The translations under genes were made by a program, and so were the position numbers. This document shows, piece after piece, positions 29,241 to 38,770 of a stretch of 64,000 bases of DNA. The DNA is taken from the NCBI GenBank assembly GCA_963799425.1, contig CAWCXA010000011.1:99263-163262 (forward strand), read 5' to 3'. This DNA is from an uncultured Actinomycetota bacterium (GTDB lineage: Bacteria; Actinomycetota; Actinomycetes; Jiangellales; Jiangellaceae). The notes under the pieces were generated by a model, which saw only the letters and a list, made by a program, of their open reading frames with translations, had not been told where the DNA came from and did not search any database. Within the stretch, counting starts at the first letter, position 1; every line of letters starts with the position of its first letter.

Positions 29241-32146
29241 AGGCGGCGCCTGGATCCTTAGGCGACGGCGCACACGACGGATATGCACGTGATCTGCGAC
29301 TGACCCTGCCCGCCGTCGCGTGCATCCTGGGCGCGTTGTGCGGCCTGTTGCTACGCCCAGCGACCGCCGTCGCTGGGGTTGCAGTGGTTGTGGGCCTGCT
29401 CGCGCTTGGCGCCGCGGCGTGGCCAGCGGCGCGTCGCACGCTCGCGGTGCTCGCAGTCTGCGTCGTCGCCGCCGCCCTGTGCGCGGGGCTGCGTGCCGCT
29501 CTGCTTCGTGCCGGGCCGCTCGCCGATCTCGCTGCGCAGGGTGCTCAAGTCACGGTCGAGGCCGTCATCACCAGCGACCCGGCGCTGCGCGAGAGCAACC
29601 GGTCGTGGGACGACGCGCGCCGCCCGTACGTCGTGGTCAGCGCGCGCGTCCACCAGGTGACGGGTCGCGGCCACACGTTCGAGCTGCGCGCGCCGGTGAC
29701 GCTGATCGCCGACGAGTCGTGGGCCGATGTAAGACCCGGCCAGCGGGTCGCCAGCACGGGGCGGCTCGATCGTGCGGAGCCAGGGGAGCCGATCACCGCC
29801 GTGCTGCAGGCCAACGGTCCGCCGGACGTATTGGACGAGGCGGGCACCCTGCAGGCGTTTGCGGAGCCGCTGCGGGCTGGGCTGCGGGAGTCGGTCTCTA
29901 GCCTGCCGCCGGACGTCGGCGGTTTGGTGCCGGCGCTGGTCGTGGGGGACGAGGTGCTCCTCCCACAACAGGTCCGCGACGACATGCAGGAGACCGGGCT
30001 GACCCATCTCACCGCGGTCAGCGGGGCCAACGTGAGCTTGCTGCTTGCCGCTGTGCTCGGGCTGGCCCGCTGGTGCGGAGTGCGTGGCTATTGGCTGCCA
30101 GTCGTCGGGGCAGTCTGCGTGCTCGCCTTCGTCGTCGTGGCACGCCCGCAGCCGAGTGTGGTTCGGGCGGCTGCGATGGGACTTGTGGCACTGGGCGCAC
30201 TTAGCGCCGGCGGCCGACACCGCGGAGCCGCCAACCTGTCGATTGCAGTGCTCGTGCTGGTGCTCGTCGACCCCTGGCTGGCCCGCTCGGCCGGGTTCGC
30301 CCTGTCTGTGCTCGCCACTGGCGGCATCTTGTTTCTGGCGCCGGGGTTGAGCGCGGCCGCCGAGCGATGGATGCCGCACTGGGTCGCTGTCGCACTTGCA
30401 GTGCCGCTCGGCGCCCAGCTTGCCTGCACACCGATCGTGGTTGCCCTGTCCGACGAGCTCAGCCTGGTGTCATTGCCGGCCAACCTGCTGGTCGCACCGG
30501 CAGTCGGCCCGACGACTGTCGCTGGCGCCCTCGCGTCGGTCACGGCGCCGCTGCTGCCCTGGATGGGGATTGCCGCGGCGTGGGTGGCTGGCGGCGCAGC
30601 GTGGTGGATCGTGACCGTTGCGCAGCACGGTGCGGACCTGCCGGGTGCGGCAGTGACCCTCGCAGGCAGCCCGTTCGTGCTCATAGTCCTACTCCTTGCG
30701 TGCCTTGCCGGGTGCGTGCTGCTGCCGGCGTTGCTCCGACGACGTGCAGCCACGGCAGCCGCCGGCGCTGCGCTCGTGGTTGCCGTCCTGCGACCGGGCA
30801 GCATGGGCGTCCTGCCCGGGTTGTCCACCTGGCCACCCGACAACTGGGTGCTCGTTGCGTGCGATGTCGGTCAGGGTGATGCGCTTGCGGTGAGGGCCGG
30901 CGAGGGCTCGGCTCTGGTGGTCGACGCGGGCGGCGATGCGGGCGCTGTCGGCCGCTGCCTTGACGACTTGCACGTGCGCGAGGTGCCCAGCCTCGTGCTC
31001 ACCCACTTCCACGCCGACCACGTCGACGGGCTCGCCGGTGTGCTCCAGGGACGAGAGGTCGGCGAGATCATCATCTCGCCGCTGCCTGACCCTGCCGCAC
31101 AGGCAGATGACGTTGCGGAGACCGCGGCCGCGGAGCAGATTCCCGTCCGGCAGGCTCGAGCCGACGATAGGCGTGTCACGGGCGAAATCACGTGGACGGT
31201 GCTCTGGCCGCGACGGGTCATCCACGAGGACTCGATGCCCAACAACGCGAGCATCGTGCTGATGGTCGAGGTCGCCGATTCGCGGATACTGCTTACCGGA
31301 GACGTCGAGCCGCCGGCGCAGCGCGCCATCCTCCGCAGCGGGGCCGATCTCTCCGCCGACGTGCTGAAGGTGCCGCACCACGGTTCCGTGTATCAGGAGC
31401 CGGACTTCCTGGCCGCGACCGGCGCGCGGGTTGCGCTTGTGTCCGTGGGTGCCGACAACGATTACGGTCACCCGGCGCCCGAGACTCTGCGGTCGCTTGA
31501 AGCTGCCGGCGCACTGGTGCAGCGTACGGATCGCTCGGGTGACGTCGCTGTCGCTGGCGGTGGGCGACGCCTCTCAGTCGTGCAAAAGGGCGCGGCGCTC
31601 GCTAGTGGTGCCGATCGGGCGGCTCGGTCAAACGTCGGCGCGTCGATCGAGCTCGCCACGCACGACATCGACAATGGCGTCGTCGGAAAGTCCGGCATTG
31701 CGCAGCGTGGCGACGAACGCGCGAGCGGCCTGCCGGGCGATGACCTCGGCGGCGGCCGCTCGCTCGGCGACAACCGTGCCCGCTCGCCGCCGCGTGACGA
31801 CGGCTCCGGATGTCTCGAGCTCGCGATAGGCACGGGCGACCGTTCCGGCAGCGACACCAAGCTCGCTGGCGAGGTGTCGGATCGCGGGGAGCTGGTCGCC
31901 GGGCAGCAGCCGCCCGGAGGCAATGTGTGCCTCGAGCTGGCTGCGGATCTGCTCGTACGGTGCAACGCGCGACGCACTGTCAAGCTCGACGGGGGCAGCA
32001 CTGTCGCTCATCCCCGGCCGCCTGGCACACATGTCAGCACGCCAGCACAATGGCACACCCCGCACCCATCCGACTGGGGCTGCGGGGTGTGTCCAGTTCT
32101 GTCGTCGCGTCATGGCATGCTGCGCAGCGATGGCTCGACGCGCTGA
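29237..32146 (+). CDS. comEC: ComEC/Rec2 DNA internalisation channel protein (multi-TM + MBL-fold domain); 3' end anomalous
   Basis: 969-aa ORF. Competence TM core, then the MBL domain (ACDVGQGDA, THFHADHVDGL, LKVPHHGS). The family-like sequence ends near 31600, but the first in-frame stop is at 32144-32146. Confidence 0.75.
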   Translation: MKAAPGSLGDGAHDGYARDLRLTLPAVACILGALCGLLLRPATAVAGVAVVVGLLALGAAAWPAARRTLAVLAVCVVAAALCAGLRAALLRAGPLADLAAQGAQVTVEAVITSDPALRESNRSWDDARRPYVVVSARVHQVTGRGHTFELRAPVTLIADESWADVRPGQRVASTGRLDRAEPGEPITAVLQANGPPDVLDEAGTLQAFAEPLRAGLRESVSSLPPDVGGLVPALVVGDEVLLPQQVRDDMQETGLTHLTAVSGANVSLLLAAVLGLARWCGVRGYWLPVVGAVCVLAFVVVARPQPSVVRAAAMGLVALGALSAGGRHRGAANLSIAVLVLVLVDPWLARSAGFALSVLATGGILFLAPGLSAAAERWMPHWVAVALAVPLGAQLACTPIVVALSDELSLVSLPANLLVAPAVGPTTVAGALASVTAPLLPWMGIAAAWVAGGAAWWIVTVAQHGADLPGAAVTLAGSPFVLIVLLLACLAGCVLLPALLRRRAATAAAGAALVVAVLRPGSMGVLPGLSTWPPDNWVLVACDVGQGDALAVRAGEGSALVVDAGGDAGAVGRCLDDLHVREVPSLVLTHFHADHVDGLAGVLQGREVGEIIISPLPDPAAQADDVAETAAAEQIPVRQARADDRRVTGEITWTVLWPRRVIHEDSMPNNASIVLMVEVADSRILLTGDVEPPAQRAILRSGADLSADVLKVPHHGSVYQEPDFLAATGARVALVSVGADNDYGHPAPETLRSLEAAGALVQRTDRSGDVAVAGGGRRLSVVQKGAALASGADRAARSNVGASIELATHDIDNGVVGKSGIAQRGDERASGLPGDDLGGGRSLGDNRARSPPRDDGSGCLELAIGTGDRSGSDTKLAGEVSDRGELVAGQQPPGGNVCLELAADLLVRCNARRTVKLDGGSTVAHPRPPGTHVSTPAQWHTPHPSDWGCGVCPVLSSRHGMLRSDGSTR
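31628..32011 (-). CDS. small GntR-family (wHTH-only, YtrA-like) transcriptional regulator
   Basis: 127 aa from ATG 32011. APYEQIRSQLEAHIASGRLLPGDQLPAIRHLASELGVAAGTVARAYRELETSGAVVTRRRAGTVVAE. It lies entirely antisense within the comEC ORF tail. Confidence 0.8.
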   Translation of the reverse strand: MSDSAAPVELDSASRVAPYEQIRSQLEAHIASGRLLPGDQLPAIRHLASELGVAAGTVARAYRELETSGAVVTRRRAGTVVAERAAAAEVIARQAARAFVATLRNAGLSDDAIVDVVRGELDRRADV

Positions 32147-33107
32147 CCACGTACTTGCCCCTGTCACCCTGGTGATCGGGCCTGAGAGTCTGCTCGCCGA
32201 CCGCGCGGTGCACGCCGTCGCGGCCGCGGCTCGCCGAGCTGACGCCGAAGCCGAGGTGATCGACGCGGCCGCTGCTGACCTCTCGGCCGGGTCCTTCGCC
32301 GAGCAGGTTGGGCCCTCGCTGTTCGCAACCCGCCGGGTCTTGGTGCTCAGAGACATCCAGGATGCCGGTGATGACCTGTCGGCGGCGCTGCGCGGCTACG
32401 CGGCGGCTCCAGCCGACGACGTCCAGCTCGTGCTCGTGCACGGCGGCGGCATCAAGGCCAAGGCCCTCGTCGATGCGTTGCGCAAGGCAGGTGTCCAGCA
32501 GATCCAGGCAGAGCGCGTGACCCGGTTCGACGATCAGGTCGCGTTCGTGGGCGCGGAGGTGGCTGCGGCCGGGTCACGCATCAGCGACTCGGCGGCGCGA
32601 CGGCTGGTTGACTCGGTCGGAGCAGACTTGCGTGGGCTGGCCGCCGCCGCGGAACAACTCGCGGCCGACGCCGATGGGCCGGTGACCGATGAGGTGGTCG
32701 CTCGCTATTTCGACGGTCGGGCCGAAGTCAAGGGTTGGACCATCGCCGACCGCGCGATGGAGGGTCGCACCAGCATCGCTGTCGAGGAGCTGCAGTGGGC
32801 ACTCGACACGGGCACCGTGCCGGTGCTTGTTGTTGGGGCGCTGGCGGCAGCGGTCCGTACGTTGGCACGGCTCGGCACACTCGGGCGCGGGTTGCGCGAC
32901 GCCGACGTGGCACGTGAGCTCGGGGTGCCGCCGTGGAAGCTGTCTTCGCTGCGCCGCCAGCTGCAGGGCTGGACGCCGGCCGGTCTGGAGCGCGCCCTCC
33001 AGGCCGTCGCCACGGCCGATCTGGCAGTCAAGGGTGGCTCAAACGATGCCCGGCTTGCGCTCACCAGGGCACTGGTGGAGATCGGTGCGGCGCGAGCGGC
33101 CGCCTGA
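32130..33107 (+). CDS. holA: DNA polymerase III subunit delta
   Basis: ORF 31923..33107 trimmed to ATG 32130 (an alternative ATG lies at 32112). 326 aa. LAPVTLVIGPESLLADRAV...RVLVLRD.... The position after comEC is the conserved one. Confidence 0.8.
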   Translation: MARRADHVLAPVTLVIGPESLLADRAVHAVAAAARRADAEAEVIDAAAADLSAGSFAEQVGPSLFATRRVLVLRDIQDAGDDLSAALRGYAAAPADDVQLVLVHGGGIKAKALVDALRKAGVQQIQAERVTRFDDQVAFVGAEVAAAGSRISDSAARRLVDSVGADLRGLAAAAEQLAADADGPVTDEVVARYFDGRAEVKGWTIADRAMEGRTSIAVEELQWALDTGTVPVLVVGALAAAVRTLARLGTLGRGLRDADVARELGVPPWKLSSLRRQLQGWTPAGLERALQAVATADLAVKGGSNDARLALTRALVEIGAARAAA

Positions 33108-33141
33108 CAGGCGGGTCGGGGCTGTGTGCCGCGCAACAGCA

Positions 33142-33185
33142 TGATGAGGGCGCCGCACCCATGTTTGGATGCGGCGCCCTCATCA
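33142..33185. terminator. bidirectional stem-loop between convergent holA and rpsT
   Basis: Perfect 16-bp stem TGATGAGGGCGCCGCA / TGCGGCGCCCTCATCA with a 12-nt loop. Confidence 0.65.
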
Positions 33186-33210
33186 GAGCTGCGCGCCTCA
33201 GTGCTTGGCC

Positions 33211-33471
33211 TCAGAGGCCGGCGGCCTGCTTGGAGATCGCCGACTTGCGGTTGGCGGCCTGGTTCTGGTGGATGACGCCCTTGGACGCCGCCCTGTCGAG
33301 CTTGCGGCCGGCCTCACGCGCCAGCTCGCGGGCCTTGTCGGCGTCGCCAGTGGCCGCGGCCTCGCGGAACTTGCGGATAGCCGTCTTGAGCGACGACTTG
33401 ACCGCCTTGTTGCGCAGACGAGCCTTCTCGTTGGTGAGAATGCGCTTCTTCTGGGACTTGATGTTCGCCAC
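33211..33471 (-). CDS. rpsT: 30S ribosomal protein S20
   Basis: 86 aa. [35 protein letters not shown].... Confidence 0.95.
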   Translation of the reverse strand: MANIKSQKKRILTNEKARLRNKAVKSSLKTAIRKFREAAATGDADKARELAREAGRKLDRAASKGVIHQNQAANRKSAISKQAAGL

Positions 33472-33832
33472 GCGTATGCCTTTGGGTTGGTGGGCCTTCG
33501 AGTCGATGGGACAGGTCTGAGAGCGTCAGCCAGTCTCGGGACACGTGGCCGGGGATGACCACGGCGCGGCAAAGACAGACCGTCGTGCGCGCGACCTGGG
33601 CGCACACGCAGTTGTGAACCATACCAAGCAGCGGCGCTCAGGCCGAATCCGGCCGGCGGGAGGCGACCCGTTAGGCGCGACCACTTGTCACCGTCTGGCA
33701 CAATAAACGGTTGAACCCGACGTGCCCGGCCCCTCTCAGCCTGCACGCCGTGTCCATCGAGGCGTCGACCACGGTGTCCCCACCCGCATTCGACGACTCA
33801 CCCGTGCCAATACACAGGAGACTCCACACACC

Positions 33833-34393
33833 GTGGCCGTCAAGATCAAGCTCAAGCGGATGGGCAAGATCCGCACCCCGCAATACCGCATAGTCGTGGC
33901 CGATGCGCGCACCAAGCGTGACGGTCGTGCCATCGAGGAGATCGGGAAATACCACCCGAAGGAGGACCCCTCGTTCATCGAGGTCAACTCCGAGCGCGCG
34001 CAGTACTGGCTGTCCGTCGGCGCCCAGCCGACCGAGCCGGTCGTTGCCATCCTCAAGGTGACCGGCGACTGGCAGAAGTTCAAGGGCATCGAGGGCGCCG
34101 AGGGCACCCTCAAGACCGCCGCGCCGAAGGCCGACAAGCGAGCCGCGTACGACTCCGCCCTCGCCGAGGCTCACGCCGAGCCGCAGGCCGAGGCCACGAC
34201 ACCTCGCAGGTCCAAGAAGGCTGCCGCTCAGCCTGAGCCCAAGCCGGATGCTCCGGTGGCCGATGATCCGGTGGCCGATGCTCCGGTGGCCGATGCTCCG
34301 GTGGTCGATGCTCCGGTGGTCGAGGAGGCCCCCGCGGCCGAGGCTGCGCCGGCGGCCGAGACGGCGGAGACCCCGGCTCAAGACGAGGCCTGA
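33833..34393 (+). CDS. rpsP: 30S ribosomal protein S16 with Ala/Pro/Asp-rich C-terminal extension
   Basis: ORF trimmed to GTG 33833 ([38 protein letters not shown]). AGGAGA RBS upstream. Confidence 0.9.
   Translation: MAVKIKLKRMGKIRTPQYRIVVADARTKRDGRAIEEIGKYHPKEDPSFIEVNSERAQYWLSVGAQPTEPVVAILKVTGDWQKFKGIEGAEGTLKTAAPKADKRAAYDSALAEAHAEPQAEATTPRRSKKAAAQPEPKPDAPVADDPVADAPVADAPVVDAPVVEEAPAAEAAPAAETAETPAQDEA
34247..34321 (+). repeat. 5 x 15-bp in-frame tandem repeat (DAPVA units) in the S16 tail
   Basis: GATGCTCCGGTGGCC and close variants occur head-to-tail five times. Confidence 0.9.
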
Positions 34394-34398
34394 GCGCG

Positions 34399-34635
34399 AT
34401 GCTGGCCGAGGCGCTGGAGCACCTCGTCAAGGGCATTGTCGAGCACCCCGACGAGGTCACCGTACGCAGCCGGGAGCTGCGTCGCGGCCGCGTACTCGAG
34501 GTGCGAGTGCATCCCGACGACCTGGGCAAGGTCATCGGGCGTGCTGGTCGCACGGCCACGGCGCTGCGCACCGTCGTCGGCGCCCTAGCCGGCGACGGCG
34601 TGCGCATCGACTTTGTCGACGTGCGCGAGCGTTGA
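34399..34635 (+). CDS. KH domain RNA-binding protein (YlqC/UPF0109 type)
   Basis: 78 aa. LVKGIVEHPDEVTV...VHPDDLGKVIGRAGRTATALRTVV. It sits in the conserved position between rpsP and rimM. Confidence 0.9.
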   Translation: MLAEALEHLVKGIVEHPDEVTVRSRELRRGRVLEVRVHPDDLGKVIGRAGRTATALRTVVGALAGDGVRIDFVDVRER

Positions 34636-34651
34636 TCATCAGCTGTCCCGG

Positions 34652-34692
34652 ACGGGCCGTGTCGACCGCACACTGCGGTTGACACGGCCCGT
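34652..34692 (+). other. strong stem-loop inside the rpsP operon (between the KH gene and rimM)
   Basis: 12-bp stem ACGGGCCGTGTC / GACACGGCCCGT. Its 17-nt loop itself contains a 5-bp stem, ACCGC/GCGGT. There is no U-tract. It lies 39 nt upstream of the rimM GTG. Confidence 0.5.
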
Positions 34693-34730
34693 ACATATGT
34701 CCACCTTTTGACACTCCTGGAGTCCAGCCA

Positions 34731-35252
34731 GTGCAGTTGACCGTGGGCCGCGTCGGCCGCGTCCAGGGGAACCGCGGCGAGGTTGCCGTCGAGGTGCGTA
34801 CCGACGACCCTGATAGCCGCTTCGCTCCGGGGATGGTGCTTCTCACCGACCCCGAGCAGGTCGGTCCGCTGACCGTGGGGCGGGTCCGCTGGCAGGGCAA
34901 CCGCCTGATCGTCCGGTTCCGCAACGTGCCCGACCGCACCGCGGCCGAGGCGCTGCGCGGGGTGCTGCTGCTCGTCGACGTCGATGACAGCGAGCGACTT
35001 CCCGATCCCGACGAGTTCTACGACCACCAGCTCGTCGGGCTGCATGCGGTGACTAGCCGCGGCGTCGACATCGGCGAGGTCACCGAGGTGCTGCACCTGC
35101 CGGCGCACGAGCTGCTTGCGGTGCGCCGCGAAGACGGCACAGAGGTGCTGGTCCCGTTCGTGTCGCAGATCGTCAGCGACATCGACCTTGCCGAACGCGT
35201 CGTCACCATCGACCCGCCTGGGGGACTCCTCGAGGCCGAGCCGGAGGCCTGA
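34731..35252 (+). CDS. rimM: ribosome maturation factor RimM
   Basis: 173 aa. LTVGRVGRVQGNRGEVAVEVRTDDP... and the PRC-barrel C-terminus ...EVLVPFVSQIVSDIDLAERVVTIDPPGG. Confidence 0.9.
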   Translation: MQLTVGRVGRVQGNRGEVAVEVRTDDPDSRFAPGMVLLTDPEQVGPLTVGRVRWQGNRLIVRFRNVPDRTAAEALRGVLLLVDVDDSERLPDPDEFYDHQLVGLHAVTSRGVDIGEVTEVLHLPAHELLAVRREDGTEVLVPFVSQIVSDIDLAERVVTIDPPGGLLEAEPEA

Positions 35253-35255
35253 GCC

Positions 35256-36068
35256 ATGCGCGTCGATGTCGTCACGATTTTCCCGGACTACATGGCGCCT
35301 CTTGGGTTGTCCCTGGTCGGCAAGGCTCGCGAGGCGGGTCTTGTCGACGTCCGCGTGCATGACCTCCGTGCCTGGACAACGGACCGTCACCGCACCGTGG
35401 ACGACACTCCGTACGGTGGCGGCGCCGGCATGGTCATGAAGCCCGGACCGTGGGGGGTCGCGCTCACGGAGATCACGGCCGACCCACCCGAAGACGCCTC
35501 GCCAAGGCTCATCGTGCCGTCGCCGTCGGGTCGACCCTTCACCCAACAGACCGCGCAGGAGCTCGCGGGGGAACCGTGGCTGGTCTTTGCCTGCGGCCGG
35601 TACGAAGGGATCGACGCGCGCGTCTCCGAGTGGGCCGCCGATCGCATGCGGGTCGACGAGGTCTCTCTCGGCGACTACGTCCTCAACGGCGGCGAGGTCG
35701 CGGTGCTCGCGATCGTCGAGGCGGTGGCGCGGCTGCTGCCAGGCTTCATGGGCAATCCGGAGTCGATCGTCGAGGAGAGCCACGCCGCCGGGACCGGCGG
35801 GTTGCTCGAATATCCGGTCTACACCAAGCCGCCCACCTGGGATGGTCGCGACGTTCCGGAGGTGCTGCTTTCCGGGCACCACGGCCGGGTGGCCCGCTGG
35901 CGTCGTGACCAGGCGTTGGCCCGCACCGCGGCGCGCCGCCCCGACCTCATCACCGCGCTGGACCCCGACACGCTCAACGCCAAGGACCGCAGCGTGCTCC
36001 GCGAGCTCGGCTGGCTGCCTGGCGACGACGGACGGTTTCGTCCGGCAGGTCCGGCTGTGGCAAACTAG
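35256..36068 (+). CDS. trmD: tRNA (guanine37-N1)-methyltransferase
   Basis: 270 aa. [12 protein letters not shown]..., [25 protein letters not shown] and [11 protein letters not shown]. Confidence 0.95.
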   Translation: MRVDVVTIFPDYMAPLGLSLVGKAREAGLVDVRVHDLRAWTTDRHRTVDDTPYGGGAGMVMKPGPWGVALTEITADPPEDASPRLIVPSPSGRPFTQQTAQELAGEPWLVFACGRYEGIDARVSEWAADRMRVDEVSLGDYVLNGGEVAVLAIVEAVARLLPGFMGNPESIVEESHAAGTGGLLEYPVYTKPPTWDGRDVPEVLLSGHHGRVARWRRDQALARTAARRPDLITALDPDTLNAKDRSVLRELGWLPGDDGRFRPAGPAVAN

Positions 36069-36191
36069 GTCGCTGTTGCCCACCACCCGCGCACCTGCCA
36101 CAGGGGGATCGCCGCGATAACGGGCAAACGTGATGTCCATACCTCACTGCCCGTCCGTGACCTGTGGCACGTTCGAGAAAGCGACCCCAGC

Positions 36192-36542
36192 ATGAACGCC
36201 CTGACCGCGCTCGACACCGCCAGCCTCCGCGAGGATGTGCCAGCGTTCCGCGCTGGCGACACGCTGAAGGTCCACGTCAAGGTCGTCGAGGGCAGCCGCT
36301 CCCGCGTCCAGATCTTCCAGGGTGTCGTGATCCGCCGCCAGGGTGCCGGCGTTCGCGAGACCTTCACCGTTCGCAAGATCAGCTTTGGCGTCGGGGTGGA
36401 GCGCACCTTCCCGGTGCACACGCCGATCATCGACAAGATCGAGCTCGTCACCCGCGGCGACGTGCGTCGTGCCAAGCTCTACTACCTGCGCAATCTGCGC
36501 GGCAAGGCCGCCAAGATCCGCGAGAAGCGCGACAACGGCTGA
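36192..36542 (+). CDS. rplS: 50S ribosomal protein L19
   Basis: 116 aa. [58 protein letters not shown]. Confidence 0.95.
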   Translation: MNALTALDTASLREDVPAFRAGDTLKVHVKVVEGSRSRVQIFQGVVIRRQGAGVRETFTVRKISFGVGVERTFPVHTPIIDKIELVTRGDVRRAKLYYLRNLRGKAAKIREKRDNG

Positions 36543-36556
36543 GCGCCACAAGCTTC

Positions 36557-36607
36557 GACGCAACGACACCCTGTGTCGAACATATCGACGCGGGGTGTCG
36601 TTGCGTC
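36557..36607 (+). terminator. stem-loop downstream of rplS
   Basis: 15-bp stem GACGCAACGACACCC / GGGTGTCGTTGCGTC with a 21-nt loop (inner GTCGA/TCGAC pairing). It begins 15 nt after the rplS stop. There is no U-tract. Confidence 0.55.
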
Positions 36608-36693
36608 TGTAGGGCCGCGCCTGGCCGGGCCGCCCGGTGGGCAAGGTAGCGTCAGGGCCGGTCGTCGGCGAGATCTCAGCATGAGGAGTCCAC

Positions 36694-37422
36694 GTGGTGG
36701 AGGCGTCCGAGCGGGACGGCGAGCGACAAGAACCTGAGTCGCCGCACCCCGACGGCGGGCGCGAGAAGCGCAACCACGGGATGTCGCTGCTCAAGGAGAC
36801 CGCCCTTGTGGTGGCGCTGGCGCTCGTCATCGCAACCTTGGTGCGGGTCTTTCTCGTGCAGGCCTTCCTGATCCCGTCGGGCTCGATGGAGGACACCCTC
36901 CAGATCAGTGACCGTGTGCTCGTCAGCAAGCTCACCACCCGATTCGGCGACGTCGAGCGCGGCGATGTCGTGGTGTTCTCTGACCCCGACGGCTGGCTCG
37001 GCCCGCAGGTGGACGTCGGCCGCGACGGTCTCGCCGGCACGATCCAAGATGCGCTCGAGTTCGTGGGCGTCCTGCCCAACAGCGCCGAGGGACATCTCAT
37101 CAAGCGGGTGATCGGTGTCGGCGGTGACCATGTGGTCTGTTGCGACGATGAGGGTCGGGTGACCGTCAACGACCATCCGCTCGACGAGTCGTCGTACCTT
37201 TTCCCGGGAGACGTGCCGTCGACCTCGCCGTTCGACGTCGACGTCCCCGAGGGTCAGCTGTGGGTGATGGGCGACCATCGCTCCGACTCGGGTGACTCGC
37301 GGGCCAATGGCACGGTGCCCGAACGGCTGGTCACCGGCCGCGCCTTTGCCATCGTCTGGCCGCTCTCCCGGTGGTCCGGGCTCGGCCGACCGGGGACGTT
37401 CGAGGGTGTCCCCGACCCGTGA
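36694..37422 (+). CDS. lepB: signal peptidase I
   Basis: 242 aa with a GTG start. IPSGSMEDTL (catalytic Ser), GDVVVF, KRVIGVGGD and GDHRSDSGDSR. Confidence 0.9.
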   Translation: MVEASERDGERQEPESPHPDGGREKRNHGMSLLKETALVVALALVIATLVRVFLVQAFLIPSGSMEDTLQISDRVLVSKLTTRFGDVERGDVVVFSDPDGWLGPQVDVGRDGLAGTIQDALEFVGVLPNSAEGHLIKRVIGVGGDHVVCCDDEGRVTVNDHPLDESSYLFPGDVPSTSPFDVDVPEGQLWVMGDHRSDSGDSRANGTVPERLVTGRAFAIVWPLSRWSGLGRPGTFEGVPDP

Positions 37423-37480
37423 CCGGCCGTCGCGTGGCGCCCTGTCGCTCGTACGCACGTCGTCGCTAGGCTCGGCCACG

Positions 37481-38329
37481 ATGGGGCAGAACACATTGCG
37501 GGCACGCTCGCCCAGCGTCGTCGGCGCACCGGGGAAGCCGCCCAGCCTACGGTTCGAGAAGGCACTCCTGCGCCAGGGGCACACGCTCGTCGCCGCGTGC
37601 GACGAGGTTGGCCGCGGCGCGCTGAGTGGGCCTGCCACGGTCGGCGTGGTGCTGGTCGATGTCAGCGTCCAACGACTGCTGCCCGGGCTGCGTGACAGCA
37701 AGCTGCTCCTGCCGGAGGCCCGCGAGCGGCTTGCCCCGCGGATCCGGCGCTGGGCACTTGCGACCGCAGTGGGTCACGCCAGCGCCTGCGAGGTCGATGC
37801 GATGGGCATTCTGCCGGCCCTGCGACTTGCCGGCCGCCGAGCACTAGGCGCGCTGCCCGCTCGCCCCGACGTGATCATCCTCGACGGCAACCACGACTAC
37901 CTGACACCGCCGGCCCAGCGAGGCTTGTTCGATCTCGAGCCCGTACTCGATGACGAAGATGTACCACCCGTCGTGACCAAGATCAAAGCCGATCTGACCT
38001 GCGCATCTGTTGCAGCGGCAAGCGTCCTTGCCAAGACTGAGCGTGACCGGCTCATGGTCCGGCTTGCAGATATTTATCCCGGTTTCGCATGGGAGATAAA
38101 CAAGGGATACGCAACGCCTGAGCACATGGCGGCAATCCGTCGGCTCGGACCATGCGAGCAGCACCGCCGGACCTGGCGGCTGCCGCTGCGCGAGCTGGCC
38201 GCCCTCGAAGAAGCGGCGGCGGCTGTCCTTGGCAGGCACGGCTTCGACCCTGAGGAGGCGGGCATGACGAGCCTCGAGGCGCTCCTGGGTGACAATGGAG
38301 CCGTCGAGGCCGAGCGTCAGCCGGCCTGA
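37481..38329 (+). CDS. rnhB: ribonuclease HII
   Basis: ORF trimmed to ATG 37481. ACDEVGRGALSGPATVGVV, DSKLL, ASVLAKTERDRLM and GYATPEH. Confidence 0.9.
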   Translation: MGQNTLRARSPSVVGAPGKPPSLRFEKALLRQGHTLVAACDEVGRGALSGPATVGVVLVDVSVQRLLPGLRDSKLLLPEARERLAPRIRRWALATAVGHASACEVDAMGILPALRLAGRRALGALPARPDVIILDGNHDYLTPPAQRGLFDLEPVLDDEDVPPVVTKIKADLTCASVAAASVLAKTERDRLMVRLADIYPGFAWEINKGYATPEHMAAIRRLGPCEQHRRTWRLPLRELAALEEAAAAVLGRHGFDPEEAGMTSLEALLGDNGAVEAERQPA

Positions 38330-38381
38330 CCCGGCGGCGTCAGACGTCGTCGGGGGGCACGTCGAGAAGGGCAGGCAGGGC

Positions 38382-38702
38382 GTGAGCGCCGAGGACCTCG
38401 AGAAGTACGAGACCGAGATGGAGCTCTCGCTCTACAAGGAGTACCGCGACGTGGTGGGCCTTTTCTCGTACGTTGTCGAGACTGAGCGGCGGTTCTATCT
38501 GACCAACAACGTCGACCTGCAGGTCCGCAGTGACGGTGGCGAGGTCTACTTCGAGGTGACGATGAGCGACGCGTGGGTCTGGGACATGTATCGCCCGGCG
38601 CGCTTCGTCAAGAACGTGAAGGTCGTGACGTTCAAGGACGTCAACGTAGAGGAGCTCGCCAAGAGCGACTTGGAGATCAAGTCGCCGCCGTTCGGATCCT
38701 GA
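38382..38702 (+). CDS. DUF2469 domain-containing protein
   Basis: ORF trimmed to GTG 38382. SAEDLEKYETEMELSLYKEYRDVVGLFSYVVETERRFYLTN.... This is the conserved actinobacterial neighbour of rnhB. Confidence 0.8.
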   Translation: MSAEDLEKYETEMELSLYKEYRDVVGLFSYVVETERRFYLTNNVDLQVRSDGGEVYFEVTMSDAWVWDMYRPARFVKNVKVVTFKDVNVEELAKSDLEIKSPPFGS

Positions 38703-38770
38703 TCCGGTTAGGCCCTGGTTCGGCGGCACGCCGCCGGGCGACCGCGTTCGTCCGATTCGACGCGGCCGGT

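Noticed and set aside
34110-36140. 676-aa minus-strand ORF
   Set aside because: It is antisense to rpsP-KH-rimM-trmD and has no recognisable domains, so it is a GC-driven open frame.
36131-36165. TGTCCAT...CGTCCGT upstream of rplS as a fourth copy of the element
   Set aside because: Both half-sites deviate and the spacing is 18 bp rather than 31 bp.
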